Source: Bacteroidia bacterium
GTDB taxonomy: Bacteria; Bacteroidota; Bacteroidia; UKL13-3
NCBI GenBank assembly: GCA_049243005.1
Contig: JBMLOK010000068.1
Location: forward strand, 1-41,357
Length of the DNA stretch: 41,357 nucleotides
Direction: 5' to 3'
The notes beneath the pieces are model-generated. The model saw nothing but the letters and a program-made list of their open reading frames with translations, searched no databases and was not told the origin of the DNA. Position 1 is the first letter of the stretch; each line of letters opens with the position of its first letter. Made by a program: the position numbers and the translations under genes. Shown here piece after piece: positions 1 to 7,500 of this stretch.

Positions 1-500
1 GTTTTATTTACAGGATTAGCCTGGTCTTCATTTTTCCTTCTCTCCGACTCCATCATGGCAAACAATGCTCCTAATAGATGTTTAATAACAGAATAATCAG
101 GAGGAGAATTTAATTCCATCTCTTGTTTCATCATTTCACATATATCTGTCATTCTCTTAAAACAAACTCCATTCTCCATTAACAGATGTGCATGGTCGTG
201 ATAATTAGAATACAGCTGAAATGTGGTTTCCGGAATGAACTCACTTTTAAACCTAATTACCCAGGCACTGCATTCATTATTTTTAATGACAGGAATCAAA
301 CGATGAATTTTCCCTTTACTCACAAAAACCAAGGCCGGTGCTTCAATATCATGGGTTTTAAAATCTATAAAATGATTGAGTCCACCCGACATCGCGATGA
401 TTAATTCCTCATAATCATGTGAATGCGGAACATCCGGAACGGCTGCCAATTCAGCTGCTTCAGCATGATTAATTTTAAAGATATGAAAGAGGTGATTCAT
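1..500 (-). CDS. AraC-family transcriptional regulator, N-terminal part (runs off the window edge; not in the ORF track)
   Basis: Manual translation from ATG at 500 gives MNHLFHIFKINHAEAAELAAVPDVPHSHDYEELII...HFIDFK...VFVSKGKIH..., open to position 1. The PHxHDYxE, HFIDF and GKIH pattern is typical of the AraC cupin ligand-binding domain in Bacteroidota. The HTH domain would lie outside the window. Confidence 0.8.
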   Translation of the reverse strand, partial: MNHLFHIFKINHAEAAELAAVPDVPHSHDYEELIIAMSGGLNHFIDFKTHDIEAPALVFVSKGKIHRLIPVIKNNECSAWVIRFKSEFIPETTFQLYSNYHDHAHLLMENGVCFKRMTDICEMMKQEMELNSPPDYSVIKHLLGALFAMMESERRKNEDQANPVNK

Positions 501-568
501 TATTGCAATATAAGAACTTGGACTCTATATCATTTTTTATCAATTAAAAAAGAATTCAAATCTGTTCG

Positions 569-590
569 AAAATTGACTTAGGTCAAATTG
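569..590. promoter_or_regulatory. CRP/FNR-family-like operator palindrome
   Basis: AAA-A-TTGAC-TTAG-GTCAA-A-TTG: a perfect TTGAC-N4-GTCAA core at 573-586, resembling the FNR consensus TTGAT-N4-ATCAA, between the divergent araC and GT2 genes. Confidence 0.5.
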
Positions 591-616
591 AAAAATCGTG
601 TCTCAATCTACCTTCG
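587..616 (+). promoter_or_regulatory. Putative Bacteroidota sigma-A promoter for the GT2-rfbC operon
   Basis: ATTG (587-590), 18-nt spacer, TACCTTCG (609-616), one mismatch to TAnnTTTG. Lies 18 nt before the TTG start. Confidence 0.4.
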
Positions 617-634
617 ACCTTATAAAAATCAACA

Positions 635-1678
635 TTGAACAAGCCTTTTGTAGATATCGTCATACTTAATCATAATGGTAAGAAATTCCTGGATGAATGT
701 TTTACTTCTGTATTAAACGGTAATTATAAAAATCAGAAAGTTTATTTATTGGATAATGCTTCTACTGATGATGATGTATTTTATGTTAAACAAAATTTCC
801 CTGAAGTAGAAATCATTCAAAACCCTAATAACAACGGGTACTGCGCTGCTTACAATTTAGCATTTGAAGCATGCAACAGTCCGTATATAGTTTGTTTAAA
901 CAATGATGTTACAGTTCATCCCGATTGGTTGGTACATCTAGTTGAATTAGCAGAAAGCAATTCGAATATATCAGCACTACAACCTAAAATTTTATCTTAT
1001 TACAACCATAGTGATTTTGAATACGCCGGCGCATCAGGAGGAATGATGGATGTTTTAGGATATCCATTTTTAAGGGGAAGAATATTCGATCATATAGAAA
1101 AAGACAATGGTCAATATGATGATATAAAAGAAGTATTCTGGACATCAGGAGCAGCTATGTTTATCAGAAAATCAGCTTTAGAAAAATGTGGTGTTTTTGA
1201 TGAATTGATTGTACATCATATGGATGAAATTGATTTATGCTGGAGAATGAGGTTATCAGGCTTTGAGATGAAGGTTCAACCTAAATCAGAAATCTATCAT
1301 ATTGGAGGAGCTAGTATTCCGAAAAATAGCTTCAAAAAAGTGTATTGGAATCATAGAAATTCACTCTATTTATTGTTAAAAAACTACTCCATTTCCAACT
1401 TACTTTTATTCTCATTAGGCCATTTTTTATTGGATATAGTTGCGGCCTGGACTTTCCTTTTACAAGGCAATTTTACCGCATTTAAAGCAATTGCATACGC
1501 ACATATCTGGATAGTAAAAAACATTCCTGTTATTTTAAAGAAAAGAAAAGAAGTACAGCATAGAAGAAGTGTTGCTGATTCAAATATTAAAAAAGCCATG
1601 TACAAAGGCTCCATAGTTTGGGAATCATTTGTTTGTAAACGAAATACCTATCAAACCATAAAAAATTATACATCATGA
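635..1678 (+). CDS. Glycosyltransferase family 2 (WbbL/rhamnosyltransferase-like)
   Basis: VILNHNG, LLDNASTD, NNGYCAAYN, LNNDV, SGAAMFIR and DEIDLCWR GT-A motifs. TTG start; overlaps rfbC by ATGA. Confidence 0.92.
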   Translation: MNKPFVDIVILNHNGKKFLDECFTSVLNGNYKNQKVYLLDNASTDDDVFYVKQNFPEVEIIQNPNNNGYCAAYNLAFEACNSPYIVCLNNDVTVHPDWLVHLVELAESNSNISALQPKILSYYNHSDFEYAGASGGMMDVLGYPFLRGRIFDHIEKDNGQYDDIKEVFWTSGAAMFIRKSALEKCGVFDELIVHHMDEIDLCWRMRLSGFEMKVQPKSEIYHIGGASIPKNSFKKVYWNHRNSLYLLLKNYSISNLLLFSLGHFLLDIVAAWTFLLQGNFTAFKAIAYAHIWIVKNIPVILKKRKEVQHRRSVADSNIKKAMYKGSIVWESFVCKRNTYQTIKNYTS

Positions 1679-2238
1679 AAATATATTTGATACACGAGGC
1701 TTTGAACGGATTAAAGGTTTTTCAACCTGAAGTATTTGAAGATGAAAGAGGATTTTTTGCTGAAGTATACAGAAAAGACCAGTTTGTTGAATATGGCATT
1801 GAAGAAGAATTTGTTCAAGACAATCATTCAAGAAGTGCAAAAGGTGTTTTAAGAGGATTACATTTTCAATGGGAACCACCAATGGGTAAACTCATGAGAG
1901 TAACATCTGGTGAAGCTTATTTAATGGCTGTTGATATCAGAAAAAACTCTCCTACTTATGGCGAATGGTATGGTGAAACAGTAAGTGCACAAAATAAAAA
2001 AATGGTTTATGCTCCAGGAGGTTTTGCCAGAGGCTTTTGTGTATTAAGTGATTTTGCTGAAATACAATATAAGTGCACAGGTTTATACAATAAAAATGCT
2101 GAATCAGGAATATTATGGAATGATCCGGCATTGGGTATTAAATGGCCAATTGATAATCCAACTTTATCTGATAAAGACAAAAATGCACAAACCCTAGCTG
2201 AATGGTCATTGAAACCGGATTCTAATTTGATTAAATAG
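1675..2238 (+). CDS. rfbC: dTDP-4-dehydrorhamnose 3,5-epimerase
   Basis: DERGFF, QDNHSRS, GVLRGLHFQ (catalytic His), VDIRKNSP, GFARGF, QYKCT, WNDP and LSDKD motifs. Confidence 0.95.
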   Translation: MKIYLIHEALNGLKVFQPEVFEDERGFFAEVYRKDQFVEYGIEEEFVQDNHSRSAKGVLRGLHFQWEPPMGKLMRVTSGEAYLMAVDIRKNSPTYGEWYGETVSAQNKKMVYAPGGFARGFCVLSDFAEIQYKCTGLYNKNAESGILWNDPALGIKWPIDNPTLSDKDKNAQTLAEWSLKPDSNLIK

Positions 2239-2239
2239 T

Positions 2240-3214
2240 ATGGAAAAGAAAAGAGTTTTAATCCTTGGAGCATGTGGTTATGTGGGGTCTTTTTTAAGTC
2301 CATATTTACAAGAAAACAATTGGGAAGTTGAAGCAGTTGATTTATGTTGGTTTGGAAATTATCTTGATGAAAACATTCCTTTAACACAAAAAGATATTTT
2401 TGATTTAAAAGCTGATGATTTAAGAGGTTTTGATAATATTATTTTCCTAGCTGGATTATCTAATGATCCTATGGCTGAATTTTCTCCTAAAGATAATTTC
2501 ATATACAATACAGCTATGCCGGCGTACATCGGATATCTGGCTAAAGAAGCCGGAGTAAAAAGAATGATGTTTGCCAGTTCTTGTTCAGTTTATGGCTTTA
2601 CACACAATCAAACATTTACAGAAGATAATATAACCATTTGTGATTACCCTTATGGCATATCTAAACTACAAGGAGAAAAAAGTTTATTGGCTTTAGCTGA
2701 TGAAAACTTTTCTGTTTTATGCTTCAGACAAGGAACTGTTAGTGGATATAGTCCAAGAATGAGATTAGATTTAGCCATTAATACTATGTTTTGGCATGCT
2801 GTTCAGGACAAAGAAATTCAGTTAAGTAACAATAAAATATGGAGACCAATTTTAGGTACCGAAGATTTATGTCGCGCCTACTTATTGGCTTTAAACAAGG
2901 AAGACTGGACAGATATTGGAACAGTAAATATCAGCAGTTTTAATAGTACCATTGGGGATTTGGCTGATGAAGTTGCATTGTTTGTTGAAGAGAAATTCGG
3001 ACATAAAGTAACAATTCATAACAAAGGAATTCAAGATTATAGAAATTATAAAGTGAGTACAGAAAAAGCCATAAATTTATTGGGCTTTGAAGGAAAAGAA
3101 ACTTGTAGAGGAATACTTGAAGACTTATATAAAAACATAGAAAAGTTTACTCCATTTGAACAGGAGAGATTTTTTAATATTCAGGTATTTAAACAAATCA
3201 TGCAAACAATTTAA
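2240..3214 (+). CDS. NAD-dependent nucleotide-sugar epimerase/dehydratase-family protein (extended SDR)
   Basis: GACGYVG Rossmann motif, LAGLSNDP, ASSCSVYG, YGISK catalytic YxxxK. Lacks the STDEVYG signature of RmlB. Confidence 0.88.
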   Translation: MEKKRVLILGACGYVGSFLSPYLQENNWEVEAVDLCWFGNYLDENIPLTQKDIFDLKADDLRGFDNIIFLAGLSNDPMAEFSPKDNFIYNTAMPAYIGYLAKEAGVKRMMFASSCSVYGFTHNQTFTEDNITICDYPYGISKLQGEKSLLALADENFSVLCFRQGTVSGYSPRMRLDLAINTMFWHAVQDKEIQLSNNKIWRPILGTEDLCRAYLLALNKEDWTDIGTVNISSFNSTIGDLADEVALFVEEKFGHKVTIHNKGIQDYRNYKVSTEKAINLLGFEGKETCRGILEDLYKNIEKFTPFEQERFFNIQVFKQIMQTI

Positions 3215-3226
3215 TTAAGAAGTATA

Positions 3227-4138
3227 ATGAAAATAATGTTAACCGGATCTAATGGCCAATTGGGTCGTGACATCCATGAAGTACTAGAAAATAACGGATA
3301 TGAAGTAATTGCTTTAACACATGAAGATTGTGATTTGGTAGACCTATTTACCATGAAAGAATTAATCATGAAACATATGCCGCAAATATTTATTAATACT
3401 GCTGCATTTCACAATGTAGAAGCTTGTGAACAAGATTCAAAAAAGGCTTTTAAAATTAATTCTGAAGCACCTGCCTTTATTGCCAGAATGTGTAATTATC
3501 TTTCTATAAAACTTATTCATTTTAGTTCTGATTACGTTTTTAATGGAAAAAACAATAGTCCATATTCTGAAAATGATACTCCTGAACCATTAAACATCTA
3601 CGGACTATCAAAATTAAAAGGAGAGAATTTAATCAAAGCATCTTGTTGTAAACATTTGATAATTCGTGTGAGTGGACTATATGGTAAATATCCTTGCAGG
3701 GCAAAAAATGGTTTAAACTTTGTGCAATTGATGTTAAAACTTGCAAAAGAAAAAGGTGAAGTTAAAGTAGTAACTGATGAAATTGTTTCACCAACATCAA
3801 CAGCTAGTATTGCTAAAATTCTGATTGAATTTTTGAATAAAGATTTACAAGGAACAGTTCATGTAAGTTCGGAAGGTTCATGCTCATGGAATGAATTTGC
3901 AAAAGAAATTTTCGATTATACAGATACTCCTGTAAGCTTATTAGCTGCTGTTTCAACAGATTTCCCAAGCAAGGTTTCAAGACCAGCTTATTCAGTTTTA
4001 GACAATAAATACATTTATTCAAAAGGCTATCCAAGAATGCCACATTGGAAAGAATCATTGCATTTGTATTTAGATGAATTGAATATAACATCAAAAGAAA
4101 ACAAAGAACTTGAAGCTGAGGCTGGCTTAAGCGTTTAA
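3227..4138 (+). CDS. rfbD: dTDP-4-dehydrorhamnose reductase
   Basis: TGSNGQLG, INTAAFHNVEACE, HFSSDYVFNG, PLNIYGLSK, SPT and RPAYSVLD motifs. Confidence 0.93.
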   Translation: MKIMLTGSNGQLGRDIHEVLENNGYEVIALTHEDCDLVDLFTMKELIMKHMPQIFINTAAFHNVEACEQDSKKAFKINSEAPAFIARMCNYLSIKLIHFSSDYVFNGKNNSPYSENDTPEPLNIYGLSKLKGENLIKASCCKHLIIRVSGLYGKYPCRAKNGLNFVQLMLKLAKEKGEVKVVTDEIVSPTSTASIAKILIEFLNKDLQGTVHVSSEGSCSWNEFAKEIFDYTDTPVSLLAAVSTDFPSKVSRPAYSVLDNKYIYSKGYPRMPHWKESLHLYLDELNITSKENKELEAEAGLSV

Positions 4139-4229
4139 TCGAAAAAATCACAAAGGATTCAACTTAAGTTCATTAAGTATTTTGAATTTGAAATAAGTCA
4201 AACTGTTTTACAAAAATTGCTATTTAAAC

Positions 4230-4272
4230 AATCCGATTAACCATTTAAATGGTTAATCGGATTTTTCTTTTT
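4230..4272 (+). terminator. Intrinsic terminator after rfbD (perfect 34-bp palindrome plus T-tract)
   Basis: AATCCGATTAACCATTT|AAATGGTTAATCGGATT (4230-4263), followed by TTTCTTTTT. Confidence 0.8.
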
Positions 4273-4560
4273 AATAAGATTTAAACAAGAGCATCCAAAT
4301 CTTCCATAAACTATTGCTCAACTTAACTATAATATAAACAGCACTTTAAACAAATTAAGCATAAAATTATTTTTAAATTTAAAGCCTATTTATCCTATAA
4401 AATCGAATATTATGTTCAGAATAATATTGTTACCATTTAGACATTAAGTTATGAAAATGACAATTAGCATGTAAAAAATACAACTTAAATAGGTTATATT
4501 GGCATTAATATTAGTTTTTAAGCAGTTTGTATTAATTATTAGTAGCCTAATTAAAACAAA

Positions 4561-7500
4561 ATGAATGTAGCCGTTCAAAAAAACATGCCCATTGGGATTG
4601 GAATAGGTGCGTCGGCCGGTGGGCTTGAAGCATTAGAGATAGTTTTTGAGAACTTACCTGAAAGCCTTCAAAAGAAGGTGTATTTTGTTGTTGCGCAACA
4701 CCTAAGTCCAAAACACTCCAGTTTACTAGTTCCTATCCTTTCTAAAGTATCAAAATTTCCTGTTGTACAGGCAGAAAATAACAAAATTGTAGAGGCAGGT
4801 AAAATCTATATTACTCCGCCAGATTCAGACATTCAGATAAAAAAAGGAACAATTAAATTAAGTAAGCCAAAGAATAAATTAGGTCCAAAACCTTCAGTAG
4901 ATAAATTATTTGAAAGCATTGCCCAGGAATACAAAGAAAAAGCAATTGGAATTATACTTTCAGGAACCGGAAGTGATGGAAGTTTAGGTGTAATTAAAAT
5001 AAAAGAAAATGGAGGAAATAGTATTGTTCAATATCCGGAAAGTGCCAAATATGATGGCATGCCACATTCAGCAATACAAACGGGTTGTGTAAATTATGAA
5101 AGTTACGCAGAACATATTGGGGCTAAAATAGTTGAGCTACTTAATTTCAAAAAAAGAAAAGTACAAACACATTCCAGACAAGAAGAAACAAGAAGGATAT
5201 TCAAAGAAATTCAACTTGAATTCGGTACTGATTTTAATCAGTATAAAATGACTACCATTCTGAGGAGAATAGAAAAAAGAATGTTGTTTTTATCTATACC
5301 AAACTATTCAGATTATACGCAATTAATCATTAACAATAAAGAAGAAAAAAATATTCTCTATCAGAGTTTCCTGATTGGTGTTTCCGGATTTTTTAGAGAC
5401 GCTGAGTTATTTAAAAACCTGGAATTAGAAATTGAAAAGAAAATTAAAGCAGATGAAATAAAAGAAAACTTTAGAATATGGATACCGGGATGTAGCAATG
5501 GTGAAGAAGCTTACAGTATTTGTATGATGGTAGATTATTTATTTACTACTAAATATAAAATCAGAAGTAATATTCAAATTTTTGCCACTGACATCTCAAA
5601 CAAATCGCTTTTAGTTGCAAGAAAAGGTATTTATGAAATTGGTCTTAGAAACAAAATATCTAAAGAACTAATTCAATCTTATACAATTGACCAAAACAGT
5701 GAATTTCTAATAGATAAGTCTATTAGAAGCAAAGTTTTATTTTCACAACATGATTTAACCAACAATCCACCTTTTTTAAATATTGATTTAATTAGCTGCA
5801 GGAACTTACTTATCTATTTAAACCAAGATGTTCAAAAAAGAATTTTCTCCATATTTCATTATTCGTTGAATGAAAAAGGAATCTTATTTCTAGGTAAATC
5901 AGAAAGTATTTCAGGTTCGGAAGAATTATTTGAAGTATTAAATTCTAAATCAAAAATTTTTCAGAAAAAACATGTTCATTCAAAACGATTAATAAAACTT
6001 GGTCATTTCAAGCCATTAAAAAATTCGCTAAATAAAGATGAACAGATTTTATCGAAAAAGGATTATTTAATGAACCAAAAGGAGCTAATTAGAGAAAAGA
6101 TAATTCATCTGATAGAGCCTATTTACTTGATAGTTTCTGAAAATTTAGAGATTCTCGAAACACATGGAAAAATCAGTGAAATACTTGAAATCGCGGAAGG
6201 TAATATTCACATGAATCTTTCGAGTTTATTAAGAAAATCACTTTTAACTGAAGTAAAAAAATTAATCTTACAATGCAATAAATTAGGAGAAAACAAAAGC
6301 TCAATTGTCAATAATGTTTTTGTAGATGGAATTCAAATTAGTTATAAAATAAGTGTTGGTCATTTAAGTGAATACAATAACCCTGGTTACAATAAGGCTG
6401 TATTATTGGTTTTTGAAAAAATTGAATCTATTAAACAAAAACCTTTCAAACCGGAAGATTTTAATTCACAAAGATTAATAGAAGTTGAACAGGAATTAGA
6501 GATTACAAAAATTCATTTACAATCTTATATTGATGAAATAGAAACAACGAATCAGGAACTTCAATCATTAAATGAAGAACTTCAATCATCTAATGAGGAA
6601 CTACAATCATCTAATGAAGAATTAGAAACAAGTAATGAAGAATTACAGGCTTCTAATGAAGAGTTACAAACAGCTTATTCTGAAATTAAACATATCAATC
6701 AGGAATTAGAGATAAAGGAAAAAGAGTTAATTGAAAGCAATAATTTATTCTATTCAATGTTCGAGAACTCTCCTCAAGGAAATATTTTATTAGACCCAAA
6801 TCTTAGTTTAATTCTATTTAATGAACCCGCAAAAAAAATAATCTCTCAGATTGGTTTAGGAAAACTTGAAAAGAGTAAAAACATCCTTGATATCATTGGA
6901 AATCATGCAGATTTTGACAGAATCTTAGCTGCAATAAGAAAGGTTCAATTAGAAAAGAAATCATTTTTTGAAAACTTAAGGACCAAAACCAATTTAGAAA
7001 TCTTTCACACAGAATTACATATAACACCCATACTACTCAATGGAAACATTCAATACATTTCATTAAATCTGATTGACTTAAGCAATCTGGTAAAAAAAGA
7101 AGAAGAAATATTTGAACGAGATGAAATGTTAAATTCATTATTAGAATCAAATACAACCTTCTTAATCAGGTTAGATTTATTGGGAAACTATACCTATGTA
7201 AACAATGCATTTTGTCAAAAATTTGGAGTTAGTCCAAGTGAAATAATTGGAAAGAACTACCTGACCACAATTCATCCTGATGATTTATCGGAATGTGAAA
7301 AAACAGGGTATCAAATATTAACTCAACCCAATCTAATTCACAAATCCCAAATTCGTAAACCCAAAGCAAATGGTGTTTATATTGATACTGATTGGGAATA
7401 TGTAGCCATACAAAATAATGAAGGAATAATCAAAGAAATACAAGGTGTTGGAAGAGACATTACAGACCAGAAAAAAATGTTATTAGATCTTGAAGAAGAA

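Noticed and set aside
186-404. 72-aa plus-strand ORF
   Set aside because: Antisense shadow of the AraC-family gene (1-500, minus), which the track missed because it has no stop codon in the window.
2240-3214. Calling the SDR rfbB/rmlB
   Set aside because: It lacks the HLAAESHVDRS and STDEVYG signatures of RmlB.
1384-4151. Minus-strand ORFs 1384-1614, 1673-1882, 2007-2387 and 3813-4151
   Set aside because: Antisense to well-supported genes, with no recognisable motifs.
4406-4428. AATATTAT-N7-ATAATATT inverted repeat upstream of the CheB/CheR kinase
   Set aside because: The arms are entirely A/T in a very AT-rich spacer, so chance is likely; no second copy seen.
6550-6675. CRISPR array or phase-variable VNTR
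   Set aside because: No spacers; the units are in frame and diverge mainly at synonymous positions, consistent with a protein heptad repeat.
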